A DNA stretch of 24,000 bases, from positions 1 to 24,000 of the forward strand of contig JAJQAJ010000061.1 of assembly GCA_021203865.1 (NCBI GenBank), written 5' to 3'. A model generated the notes under the pieces. That model did no database searches. It had not been told where the DNA came from and saw only the letters and a list, made by a program, of their open reading frames with translations. Numbering within the stretch: position 1 is the stretch's first letter; each line of letters opens with the position of its first letter. Shown piece after piece: positions 1 through 8,476 of the stretch. A program made the position numbers and the translations under genes. The stretch comes from Clostridia bacterium (GTDB taxonomy: Bacteria; Bacillota; Clostridia; Christensenellales; Borkfalkiaceae).

Positions 1-23
1 GACCTTCTCGGCCGAAATGTGCC

Positions 24-48
24 ACGCCGATTACGGCGTCGAATTTTA
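24..48. terminator. Short GC hairpin with T-rich tail at the window edge, downstream of dnaN; possible terminator
   Basis: acgccg (24-29), loop atta, cggcgt (34-39), then aatttta. The stem is only 6 bp and the T-run is weak. Confidence 0.25.
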
Positions 49-73
49 TTATAATTATTGTTTATAATTTAAG

Positions 74-1174
74 TCAAGCGTTATTTCCCGTGCGCACGGG
101 CAAAATGAGATAGAGGGCGTCCTTGTTTTCCTCGCCCTGACATATGAACGGCTGAATGGGGGTGTTGAACTTCATCTCCACCTTTTCCTCCTCCATGGCG
201 CTGAGCGCCTCCGTGATGTAGCGCGAGTTCATGGCGATTTGTAAATCCTTTCCCGTGACCAAAGCCGGAACGCTCTCGTCCACGTTTCCAATCTCAGAAG
301 TCGAGGTTATCTGTATTCTGTCTTCGGTGATGTTGAAGATTATCAGACAGTTTTTTTCACCCCTCACATACACTGACGCTCTTTCTATGCTATTTTTGAG
401 GGTTTCTCTTTCACACACGACAACCGTTCCGAAATCCGACGGAATGATGTTCTCTTTTTTAATGAAGTCACCGGAATAGAGACGAGACGTCACGACAGTG
501 TCGTCAGTGTTCACAAGGATGTGATTTTTTTGCATGTAGATGGTCGTTTCATACCCCGCGAGCATTTTGTCAATCTCATTGAGCGTCCGCGCGGGACATA
601 CTATTTCGTTTTCACCGGATGACTCGGCTATTTTCATGTTGTACGTCGCGAGACGAAAACCGTCAATCGCCGTGACGTCAGCTTCGTTTTCCCTGAGAAG
701 AATCTGACATCCCTTGAATATGGGTCTTGACTCATCCGTGGCGCAGCAAAATGTTGTTCCTTCTATTGCCTTTTTGAGAAGCGCGGTGTTCACCTTGAAA
801 TAATTCTCATTGATGTCCGTGTCAATCACAGGAAAATCCTCTGATGACATTGTCTGAAGATCACTTCTGTTCTTTCCGTAAGATATGGTCATCTTTCTGT
901 CCGTCGCGACGAGCGTGAGTTCAAGTCCCTCGAGTTTTTTGACAAAATCGGCAAAAAACCTCCCCGGCACACAGGTCGAACCCTCTTCCAGTATTTCGGC
1001 TCTGACCTTTTTCATTATGAAAATTTCCCCGTCTGTCGCCGACAGAGAGAGACTATCGTTTTCCGCTGAAATTTTGATGCATTCCATCACGGGAACCGGC
1101 GTCTTCGTCGCGCAGGCTTTCACCACTCTTGAAACCGCTTCCGACAAATTTATTCCTTCACAGATGACCTTCAT
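74..1174 (-). CDS. dnaN: DNA polymerase III beta subunit (sliding clamp)
   Basis: 366-aa ORF with the length and three-domain layout of a beta clamp (MKVICEG...LSEAV..V.KA...K...P.L..I...A; C-terminal LILPVR). SD GAGGTG lies 4 nt upstream of the ATG at 1174. Confidence 0.93.
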   Translation of the reverse strand: MKVICEGINLSEAVSRVVKACATKTPVPVMECIKISAENDSLSLSATDGEIFIMKKVRAEILEEGSTCVPGRFFADFVKKLEGLELTLVATDRKMTISYGKNRSDLQTMSSEDFPVIDTDINENYFKVNTALLKKAIEGTTFCCATDESRPIFKGCQILLRENEADVTAIDGFRLATYNMKIAESSGENEIVCPARTLNEIDKMLAGYETTIYMQKNHILVNTDDTVVTSRLYSGDFIKKENIIPSDFGTVVVCERETLKNSIERASVYVRGEKNCLIIFNITEDRIQITSTSEIGNVDESVPALVTGKDLQIAMNSRYITEALSAMEEEKVEMKFNTPIQPFICQGEENKDALYLILPVRTGNNA

Positions 1175-1560
1175 GCTTCACCTCAAAAAATGTTTTTGTC
1201 CGACGCCGTCCGCTTGTGCCAGACATCATTTTTTTATTTATAGTTTTTTTTCTGAAATTAGTTTTTAATAAGGTGCTGTTGAAATGTGCAAAGCGACAGC
1301 CGTCGAGCTAAACAATATATATATGTTATCAAAAATGGTGACATTTTGCAAGAAATAAAGCCCGCAAAGCAGGAATTTTGTCGTTGTAAAATAAGGGTTG
1401 GAGGTGGAAGAAAATGTTCAGAATTGGGGAAATTGTTGACAGAGCAAAATCACTGCAAAGTAGGGAAGGCAACTTTTGAACTTTCAAAACAACGCTTGGG
1501 CCAAATTAAACAAAAGACTGTGTTTTTGTTGAAAAATTTATTCAACATTTCTACAAGCCG

Positions 1561-1589
1561 TTGATTAAAAAGATTAGTTTTGGTAAGAT
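1561..1589 (+). promoter_or_regulatory. Sigma-70-type promoter directly abutting the rsmG start codon (leaderless arrangement)
   Basis: -35 TTGATT (1561-1566), 17-nt spacer, -10 TAAGAT (1584-1589). The ATG at 1596 lies 7 nt after the -10. No SD is present. Confidence 0.4.
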
Positions 1590-1595
1590 AAATAC

Positions 1596-2282
1596 ATGAA
1601 ATTTGTTGACATAAAAAGTGAAGTTATTGAAAAACATAAAAAAGAGTTCGATGAATATTATGATTTTTTGATGACGGAAAATTCCAAATACAATCTCACC
1701 GGAATAACCGAAAAAGAAGACGTGTTTATCAAACATTTTGAAGATTCACTTGCGGGCGCAGAATTTTTACCTCAATGCGCCTCCGTTTTGGATGTGGGTT
1801 CCGGAGCCGGTTTTCCAGGCATTCCTCTTGCCATTGTTCGGCGGGATCTCTCTGTTTTCCTCTTGGACGGTAACGGAAAAAAATGCCGGTTTCTCTCCTC
1901 CTGTGTAGAAATGTTGAATCTTTCCGGTGTAAAAGTTGTCTGCGGCCGGGCTGAGGAGGCCGCCTCGGAGGATTTCCACAGAGAAAGGTATGACGCCGTA
2001 TTGTCAAGAGCCGTGGCCCCACTTCCTTCTCTTTTGGAGCTTTGTCTTCCGTTCGTCAAAATAGGGGGAGTTTTTCTTTCATACAAGGGAAAGTGTGTCC
2101 GGGAGGAGATAGAAGCTTCTTCTTCTGCCCTGACCCTTCTCGGTGGTAAAATAGCCGGGGTCCACCCCTATGTTCTTGACGGAGGCTTTGGCGAGAGATC
2201 TCTCGTTGTTATTGAAAAGATTTCACCCACACCTTCCAAGTATCCAAGAGGCAGGGGTTTGGAAAGAAAAAAGCCACTATGA
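1596..2282 (+). CDS. rsmG: 16S rRNA (guanine527-N7)-methyltransferase RsmG/GidB
   Basis: 228-aa ORF with NLTGI...HFEDSL and the SAM-binding motif LDVGSGAGFPGIPLAI, both typical of RsmG. Confidence 0.9.
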   Translation: MKFVDIKSEVIEKHKKEFDEYYDFLMTENSKYNLTGITEKEDVFIKHFEDSLAGAEFLPQCASVLDVGSGAGFPGIPLAIVRRDLSVFLLDGNGKKCRFLSSCVEMLNLSGVKVVCGRAEEAASEDFHRERYDAVLSRAVAPLPSLLELCLPFVKIGGVFLSYKGKCVREEIEASSSALTLLGGKIAGVHPYVLDGGFGERSLVVIEKISPTPSKYPRGRGLERKKPL

Positions 2283-2355
2283 TTTTTTGTGTCACGTCCC
2301 TTTCCGGGGCGTTTTTTTGTTCATGCGTTCCATCTGAAATTTTTCGTGGGCTTCG

Positions 2356-2619
2356 TTATCAACATTTTATCTACATTTTTGTAGCACTCTGTTTTTATTA
2401 TTTCTTTTTTGTGGATAAACTCCGCAATGATTTTTGTTTGTAAGCGGCCAAATTCCGGCCCAGGTTCCGGTTTTGCTAATTTTATGTCTAAAATTTGCTT
2501 TCTAGAGCGAATTTACATACCTTTCGCTGTTGTTTTGGTGGAAAATTACCGTGAAGATTACTTTTAGTCTTCCGATTTTTTATCCACATTTTCCACAAAC
2601 AAATAACCCTCCATCCACA
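2356..2619. promoter_or_regulatory. DnaA-box cluster (oriC-like or DnaA-box cluster region)
   Basis: Perfect TTATCCACA at 2580-2588, and on the reverse strand at 2410-2418 (tgtggataa). One-mismatch boxes: TTATCAACA 2356-2364, TTATCTACA 2367-2375, TTTTCCACA 2589-2597. Two-mismatch box CCATCCACA 2611-2619. AT-rich tract at 2365-2410. Confidence 0.6.
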
Positions 2620-2652
2620 ATTTCAACGCAAAAGTGTAATTTTTGCGTTTAT

Positions 2653-2668
2653 GGTTTCACGTGAAACA
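2653..2668. promoter_or_regulatory. parS-like ParB-binding palindrome
   Basis: ggtttcacgtgaaaca matches the Firmicutes parS consensus TGTTNCACGTGAAACA at 15 of 16 positions. The 14-bp core gtttcacgtgaaac is a perfect palindrome. Confidence 0.7.
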
Positions 2669-2693
2669 AAAAAAGACAAGATTCATCGATGAA

Positions 2694-2709
2694 GGTTTCA
2701 CATGAAACA
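2694..2709. promoter_or_regulatory. Second parS-like palindrome
   Basis: ggtttcacatgaaaca: same arms as the first site, with one change in the central dinucleotide. Confidence 0.6.
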
Positions 2710-2853
2710 GTAAAAAACCCACCTAAAACGTGGTAGCGCAATGGTTTTTTAAGGCTTCCGGGTCCGGCTTCTTCTGGCTTATTTTCCCGTTTCCGTCTAT
2801 GTGAAAAAAAAGTAAAAAATAAGTGAATAGCGCAATGTGACAATAAAAAACAG

Positions 2854-2883
2854 TTGTAACATGGGCGGTCGGTATGTTAAAAT
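2854..2883 (+). promoter_or_regulatory. Possible ftsH promoter with extended -10
   Basis: -35 TTGTAA (2854-2859), 18-nt spacer, TGT-TAAAAT (-10 at 2878-2883). Confidence 0.3.
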
Positions 2884-2934
2884 TATCCCATTGACCATTA
2901 AGGCGTTTTGCCGGAAATTTAAGGAGCATAAGTT

Positions 2935-5082
2935 TTGAGTAGAAGAGGTAAAATCATCCTTTGGGTGGTTATAGCGGTGATAATCGTAGCCATTTTGGTG
3001 TCTATAATCGTCTCCTCGCTCAACACCACCACGACGATAGATTTTGATGAGTTCGTAAAACGAGTCGAATACGGCACGCTCTATGAAACCGACGGATACA
3101 TAGATCTTGACGGCAATGTGCTGTACGATGACGACGGAAAGGTTCTTAAAGACCCGAGTGGCCTGGAAGAGGATACTTATGAGTCGGCACCCGTCACAGG
3201 TTATGACGGCTGGATTCTCGCCCCGGAAGATTATGAGAACTGCGTTGTGGATTACGATGACTACGGCGTCAAGACCATATACTACTATTCGTCTGACGGG
3301 TCGGGTTCGGGTAAGATTTCGACCATCGTTTACATGGAAATAAATCAATACACCTTTAACGGATACGTGTACAACAGTTCCGGCCGGCTTGTCAAAACGT
3401 ACAAGGCGATAGGCCCGTCTCTTTACTCCGCGGATTCGCTAAACAGCGACAGCATAGCGGCGTTCTGGATGACGCAGGGTATAGGAATCAATTTCAGCAA
3501 CCCCAATTCGGGTAGTTACTGGTCGACGATAATATCAATCGTCGCGATGATTATCATAATTGTGATTTTCTGGCTCATTATGCGTTCGTCGATGTCAAGC
3601 GGCGGGCGCGGAATGAGTTTCGGCAAATCCAAGGCCAAAGTGACCACGAACGTCAAGGTTCGTTTCACTGATGTCGCCGGTGCGGATGAGGAAAAGGTTG
3701 AACTTGCCGAGGTTGTTGAATTCTTGAAATCACCCAAAAAATTCAATGATCTGGGTGCCCGGACCCCCAAGGGGGTGCTCCTAGTTGGCCCTCCGGGAAC
3801 AGGCAAGACGCTTTTTGCCAAGGCGGTCGCGGGTGAGTCCGGTGTCCCCTTCTTCTCGGTATCGGGTTCTGATTTCGTTGAATTGTATGTCGGCATGGGA
3901 GCGTCGCGTGTGAGAGATCTCTTTGACATGGCGAAGAAGAGCGCGCCCTGTATCGTCTTCATAGATGAGATTGACGCGGTCGGGCGTCAGCGTGGAGCGG
4001 GGCTCGGCGGCGGAAACGATGAACGCGAGCAGACATTGAACCAGATTCTCGTGCAGCTGGACGGATTTGAATCAAGTGACGGCGTGATTGTCATGGCCGC
4101 GACCAACCGTGCGGACATACTGGATCCGGCCCTCATGAGACCCGGCAGATTTGACAGGCAGGTTTACGTCAATCTTCCCGATGTCAAAGGAAGGGAGCAA
4201 ATCCTTAAAGTGCACGCACGCAACAAGCCTCTCGCCGAGGATGTCAATTTCAAGACGCTCGCCAGGATAACTGCCGGATTCTCCGGCGCGGATCTCGCCA
4301 ATCTTCTCAATGAGGCTGCCATCCTCGCGGCGAGGAACAATAAAACTTTAATAGGGAACACGGAGCTTTACGAGGGCGTGAACAAGGTTCTTATGGGACC
4401 GCAGAAGAAATCTCGGGTTGTGACCGAGAGCGACAAGAGAATAACTGCCTATCATGAGGCCGGCCATGCGATTGTCGCCAGACTTTGTGAGTTCTGTGAT
4501 CCGGTTCAGGAAGTGTCCATCATTCCCCGCGGAAACGCTGCCGGCTACACGATGACCCGTCCCGACACCGATGATATGCATATGAGCAAGAGAAAGATTC
4601 TTGACTTTATCTGCATGGCGCTTGGCGGACGTGCCGCCGAGGAAATTGTCATCAAGGACATCACGACCGGTGCGAGCAACGACCTCGAACGCGTCACGGA
4701 TATGGCCAAGCGGATGGTCACTGAATGGGGAATGAGCGATAAACTTGGACTCATAACGTATGGTTCAAACTCACAGACAGTCTTTCTCGGAAAGGACATG
4801 GAAACGCATAATGCGTACAGTGAGGAAACCGCGCGGACGATAGACGAGGAGATGCACGCTATTGTCGACGATGCTTACACCAGGGCTAAACAGCTTCTCA
4901 CGGATAACAGAGCGGTTCTGGACAACATGACGAGAGTCCTTATTGAGAAGGAAACCATCTACTCGGATGAAGTCGACATGCTCATGGAAGGCAAATCTTA
5001 TTCGGAAGTGATTGCGGCCATGGAAGAGAACGAGAAATCATACGCCGGTAATCCTTTCAAGAGATACGAACAGAGCAACTGA
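2935..5082 (+). CDS. ftsH: ATP-dependent zinc metalloprotease FtsH (TTG start) with an enlarged extracytoplasmic domain
   Basis: 715 aa. Walker A GPPGTGKT, Walker [12 protein letters not shown] region, Zn motif HEAGHA. Two hydrophobic TM segments at about aa 8-28 and about aa 197-216. AAGGAG lies 9 nt upstream of the TTG at 2935. Confidence 0.95.
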   Translation: MSRRGKIILWVVIAVIIVAILVSIIVSSLNTTTTIDFDEFVKRVEYGTLYETDGYIDLDGNVLYDDDGKVLKDPSGLEEDTYESAPVTGYDGWILAPEDYENCVVDYDDYGVKTIYYYSSDGSGSGKISTIVYMEINQYTFNGYVYNSSGRLVKTYKAIGPSLYSADSLNSDSIAAFWMTQGIGINFSNPNSGSYWSTIISIVAMIIIIVIFWLIMRSSMSSGGRGMSFGKSKAKVTTNVKVRFTDVAGADEEKVELAEVVEFLKSPKKFNDLGARTPKGVLLVGPPGTGKTLFAKAVAGESGVPFFSVSGSDFVELYVGMGASRVRDLFDMAKKSAPCIVFIDEIDAVGRQRGAGLGGGNDEREQTLNQILVQLDGFESSDGVIVMAATNRADILDPALMRPGRFDRQVYVNLPDVKGREQILKVHARNKPLAEDVNFKTLARITAGFSGADLANLLNEAAILAARNNKTLIGNTELYEGVNKVLMGPQKKSRVVTESDKRITAYHEAGHAIVARLCEFCDPVQEVSIIPRGNAAGYTMTRPDTDDMHMSKRKILDFICMALGGRAAEEIVIKDITTGASNDLERVTDMAKRMVTEWGMSDKLGLITYGSNSQTVFLGKDMETHNAYSEETARTIDEEMHAIVDDAYTRAKQLLTDNRAVLDNMTRVLIEKETIYSDEVDMLMEGKSYSEVIAAMEENEKSYAGNPFKRYEQSN

Positions 5083-5098
5083 TTTACAGGGTGTTATC

Positions 5099-5863
5099 AT
5101 GACTAAGGTCGTTGCCTTCACAAACAAAAAAGGCGGAGTCGGCAAGACAACCACGGCGATAAACATGGCGGGTTACTGTACGAGTTTTGGGAGTCGCGTG
5201 CTCATAATTGACATGGATTCCCAAGGAAACGCCTCAACGGGGCTGGGACTTTCAAAAAGTTCCCTTAAAAAATCCGTCAACGCTGTTTTGTCGGAAGGTG
5301 ACAAGGCGTCCAACAATATTGTAAAAACAGATTACAAAGGCCTTGACATTATGCCCGCCAACGTCGATCTTTCCGGAGCCGAAGTATCTCTCGTTTACAA
5401 GAGGGATCGCGAATCGCTTCTTCGTAAAGCGTTGGAAGAGGTTAAGGACGATTATGACTTTGTTTTCATTGATTGCCCTCCTTCACTTGGGATTCTGACC
5501 ATGAACGCCTGGGTCGCTTCTGATTCCATAATTATTCCCATACAGTGTGAATATTACGCGATGGAAGGGGTGTCTCAGCTCATGAACACGGTGCAGCTTG
5601 TTCAGAAGCATTTAAACCCAGATCTTTTCATAGAGGGTGTTGTGCTCACGATGTATGACGGCAGGGCACTTATTTCCAAACAAATAGCCACCGAACTTAG
5701 GAAGTTTTTCAAGGAAAAACTGTACGAGATTATTATACCGAGGAACATCAGACTCGCGGAGGCCCCGAGTTATGGCATGCCCATAATCGCCTATGATCCC
5801 AAATGCGTGGGAGCCCGGGCGTATAAGGCTCTTACAGAGGAGTTTTTGTCTAAACAAAAATAG
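5099..5863 (+). CDS. soj: Chromosome partitioning ATPase ParA/Soj
   Basis: MTKVVAFTNKKGGVGKTTT is a deviant Walker A motif. An internal ATG at 5099 was chosen because the tracked ORF start at 5012 would overlap the 3' end of ftsH. Confidence 0.93.
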   Translation: MTKVVAFTNKKGGVGKTTTAINMAGYCTSFGSRVLIIDMDSQGNASTGLGLSKSSLKKSVNAVLSEGDKASNNIVKTDYKGLDIMPANVDLSGAEVSLVYKRDRESLLRKALEEVKDDYDFVFIDCPPSLGILTMNAWVASDSIIIPIQCEYYAMEGVSQLMNTVQLVQKHLNPDLFIEGVVLTMYDGRALISKQIATELRKFFKEKLYEIIIPRNIRLAEAPSYGMPIIAYDPKCVGARAYKALTEEFLSKQK

Positions 5864-5876
5864 GAGTGAGATTACA

Positions 5877-6794
5877 ATGGCACGAGGATTAGGTAAAGGA
5901 TTTGACAGTTTGCATGAAGAAACGTCGAGAGCGTACGATAACATGTACGATGGCAGCGGAGATGTTTTTTCGTACACCGAGGAGGAAAGACAGAACGCTT
6001 CGGATGTTCCTCTTGAAAAAATCTGTGTGAACACCAACCAGCCGAGGAAAAATTTTGATGAGCAGGCACTCAACGAGCTCGCTGATTCCATAAAGAAATA
6101 CGGAGTCATAATGCCCATTGTCATAAATGACAACGGTGACGGCACATATCTGATAATTGCCGGAGAAAGGCGTTTTCGTGCGGCGACAATTGCGGGTCTT
6201 GCCTCCATTCCCGCGGTCATAAGAAATTATTCCCAGCGCGAAATAAATGAAATTTCTCTCATAGAGAATCTTCAAAGAGAGGATCTTAACCCCATTGAAG
6301 CGGCGACCGCCATGAAGCAGCTGATGGTTGAGTACAAGCTTACCCAGGATGAGCTCGCGGAAAGGATAGGTAAATCCCGTCCCGCCGTGGCCAACACATT
6401 GAGGCTCTTGAATCTTACACCAGAGGTTATTGAAATGGTCAAGGAGGGTAAAATTTCGTCGGGACACGCAAGAACCCTTGTGCCGCTGACCCCCGAAGAC
6501 CAGGTTGATTTTGCCAAAGAGGTCCTTAAATCCGGGATGACCGTCAGACAGCTTGAAAAGAAGGTCAGAGCGCACAATATTCCCGTGGACGATGTTGAGG
6601 CTCGCAGGCAAAAGAAGAAGCAGCTTATCTCCATAGAACTAAAAGCTCTTGTTGACAGAATGAGGGCGACGTTCCGAACCAAGGTTTCTCTCATTGGGAC
6701 GGACAAGAAAGGTCGGATATACATTGATTATTATTCCAAGGATGACCTTGACAGGCTTTCAGAGATTATGGATATTGTTGACAGACAAAAGTGA
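5877..6794 (+). CDS. spo0J: Chromosome partitioning protein ParB/Spo0J
   Basis: MARGLGKGFDSL N-terminus, GERRFRAA arginine patch (CTP-binding ParB box) and an HTH region. SD GGAGTGAG lies upstream of the ATG at 5877. Confidence 0.93.
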   Translation: MARGLGKGFDSLHEETSRAYDNMYDGSGDVFSYTEEERQNASDVPLEKICVNTNQPRKNFDEQALNELADSIKKYGVIMPIVINDNGDGTYLIIAGERRFRAATIAGLASIPAVIRNYSQREINEISLIENLQREDLNPIEAATAMKQLMVEYKLTQDELAERIGKSRPAVANTLRLLNLTPEVIEMVKEGKISSGHARTLVPLTPEDQVDFAKEVLKSGMTVRQLEKKVRAHNIPVDDVEARRQKKKQLISIELKALVDRMRATFRTKVSLIGTDKKGRIYIDYYSKDDLDRLSEIMDIVDRQK

Positions 6795-6798
6795 TTTG

Positions 6799-6814
6799 TG
6801 TTTCATATGAAACA
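6799..6814. promoter_or_regulatory. parS-like palindrome immediately after the parB stop codon
   Basis: tgtttcatatgaaaca: perfect 16-bp palindrome with consensus parS arms (TGTTTCA/TGAAACA) and an AT centre instead of CG. Confidence 0.6.
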
Positions 6815-6982
6815 AGGGCCCGGGCAGGATGTCCGAGCCCATCTTATTGGTAGAGAAAAAATATGGTGCATAAATATTAATAAAGAGGCGCTTTAATTGA
6901 AAAGGCTGCATGCCCGCAAAAAGTTAGAAGACTAACTATGCGTAAAATCAAGCACGTGGTCCAATCTGGCAAGGAGGATGAC

Positions 6983-8359
6983 ATGACAAAAGAAGAAATA
7001 CAAAAGCTCATAAAATTACAAAAAGAGCAGACTTTATCCCTTCCTCCCGTTTCCGTGAAGGAGCGGGTTGAAAGGCTGACAGGGCTCGCCAGAAGCATCA
7101 GATTGCACGAGGAGGAGGTTTATGACGCCCTTAAAAAAGACCTGAATAAAAGCCGTGAGGAAGCTTACATGTGCGAAATAGGCGGGGTTCTGGGGGAAAT
7201 TGCCTATATGAAGAAACACGTTAAGAGTTTCGCCATGGCGAAGAGGGTTCACACAGGTCTTGTGAATTATCCCGCAAAAAGCTACATCCGTCCCACTCCG
7301 ATGGGATGCTGCCTTGTCATGGCACCCTGGAATTATCCTTTTTTACTGTCCCTTGAGCCCCTTGTTGACGCCCTGGCGGCCGGGAACACCGCCATTCTTC
7401 GTCCGTCATCCTCAGCGCCTCATGTGGCGGCTGTGCTGGAAAAAATCATAAGCGAGGCGTTTGATGAAAAAATAGTCAAAGTGATAATTTGTGACCGGGA
7501 CACGGGAACTTTTCTCATGGAGCAGGACTTTGACAAAATCTTTTTCACGGGAAGCCCCACCGTCGGGAAAGAGGTGCTGAGACATGCTGCAGAGCATTAC
7601 ATTCCCGTGACGCTTGAGCTCGGGGGTAAGAGTCCCTGTGTTGTTGACGCTTCCGCGGACATAAAACTCTCCGCGAGGCGAATCGTGTTTGGAAAGCTTC
7701 TCAACGCCGGCCAGACGTGCGTCGCGCCGGATTATATATATTGTGAGGCGTGTATGAAGGATGAGCTTGTGGAGGCTCTGATAAGCGAAATTAAGGCACA
7801 GTACACGGATAACCCAATGAAAAACGAGTCTTTTCCCAGAATAATCAATCAATCGCAGTTTGACAGGCTCTCCTCGTATCTTGATCCCGAAAAAATAATT
7901 TACGGCGGAAGGACTGATGAAAAGAATTTGAAAATAGAGCCCACAATCTTAAATGCGGAATTTACCGACGACGTCATGAAAGAGGAGATTTTCGGACCAA
8001 TCCTTCCGATTGTCACATATGAAACGTCGGATGAGGCGGTTCGCATTATAAACGGGAGACCGACGCCGCTCGCACTGTATGTTTTCGCGAAAGACAAAAA
8101 GGTTCAGGAAAAATTTATGAGCAGCTGCGAGTTCGGAGGCGGATGCGTGAATGACACCATCATGCACCTTACGGGGTCAACGTTGCCTTTCGGAGGGCGC
8201 AGGCAGAGCGGCATGGGTTCATATCACGGTAAAGCCGGATTCGATGCTTTTACGCATTACAAAAGTGTCCTCAACAAATCCGTCAGAATAGACATGCGGC
8301 AAAGATACATGCCTATTACGGAAAAGAAGATGAAATCAATAAAACGCTTTTTGAAATAA
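6983..8359 (+). CDS. NAD(P)+-dependent aldehyde dehydrogenase (class 3-like ALDH family)
   Basis: Catalytic motifs ELGGKSP and GQTCVAPDY, EEIFGP, about 458 aa. AAGGAGG lies upstream of the ATG at 6983; the ORF is open from 6938. Confidence 0.85.
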   Translation: MTKEEIQKLIKLQKEQTLSLPPVSVKERVERLTGLARSIRLHEEEVYDALKKDLNKSREEAYMCEIGGVLGEIAYMKKHVKSFAMAKRVHTGLVNYPAKSYIRPTPMGCCLVMAPWNYPFLLSLEPLVDALAAGNTAILRPSSSAPHVAAVLEKIISEAFDEKIVKVIICDRDTGTFLMEQDFDKIFFTGSPTVGKEVLRHAAEHYIPVTLELGGKSPCVVDASADIKLSARRIVFGKLLNAGQTCVAPDYIYCEACMKDELVEALISEIKAQYTDNPMKNESFPRIINQSQFDRLSSYLDPEKIIYGGRTDEKNLKIEPTILNAEFTDDVMKEEIFGPILPIVTYETSDEAVRIINGRPTPLALYVFAKDKKVQEKFMSSCEFGGGCVNDTIMHLTGSTLPFGGRRQSGMGSYHGKAGFDAFTHYKSVLNKSVRIDMRQRYMPITEKKMKSIKRFLK

Positions 8360-8452
8360 AACCGTGGAAGCGCTGCCCGAGGGCGGGAAAAAAAGTTTGC
8401 AATCCTGCTGGCGCCGTTTTTTGAATAGGGCGCAAATGTTTCCGGAACGACG

Positions 8453-8476
8453 AAAACCCCGACGAGTCGGGGTTTT
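8453..8476. terminator. Bidirectional intrinsic terminator shared by the ALDH gene (+) and the tnpB/repeat transcript (-)
   Basis: aaaa-ccccga-cgag-tcgggg-tttt: a 6-bp GC stem with a tetraloop. The flanking A-tract and T-tract give a U-run on both strands. Confidence 0.75.

Noticed and set aside
1286-1564. 92-aa ORF in the dnaN-rsmG spacer
   Set aside because: It has no SD, a basic low-complexity sequence and AT-rich context, and it overlaps the predicted rsmG promoter. There is no supporting motif.
2797-3348. 183-aa minus-strand ORF overlapping the ftsH 5' region
   Set aside because: It is antisense to the ftsH N-terminal coding region and its promoter and SD. No motif or RBS is present.
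5012-5098. Long N-terminal extension of ParA (ORF open from 5012)
   Set aside because: It would overlap the last 70 nt of ftsH. The conserved ParA N-terminus (MTKVVAF.NKKGGVGKTT) begins at the ATG at 5099.
5612-6611. 202-aa and 240-aa minus-strand ORFs across parA/parB
   Set aside because: They are antisense to two canonical, motif-rich genes. They are shadow ORFs.
8360-8452. Additional terminator hairpins right after the ALDH stop (ctgcc-cgag-ggcgg; gcgcc...ggcgc)
   Set aside because: The first is followed by an A-run rather than a U-run on the relevant strand. The second has a 13-nt loop and no U-tract. The 8453-8476 hairpin is a much better terminator.
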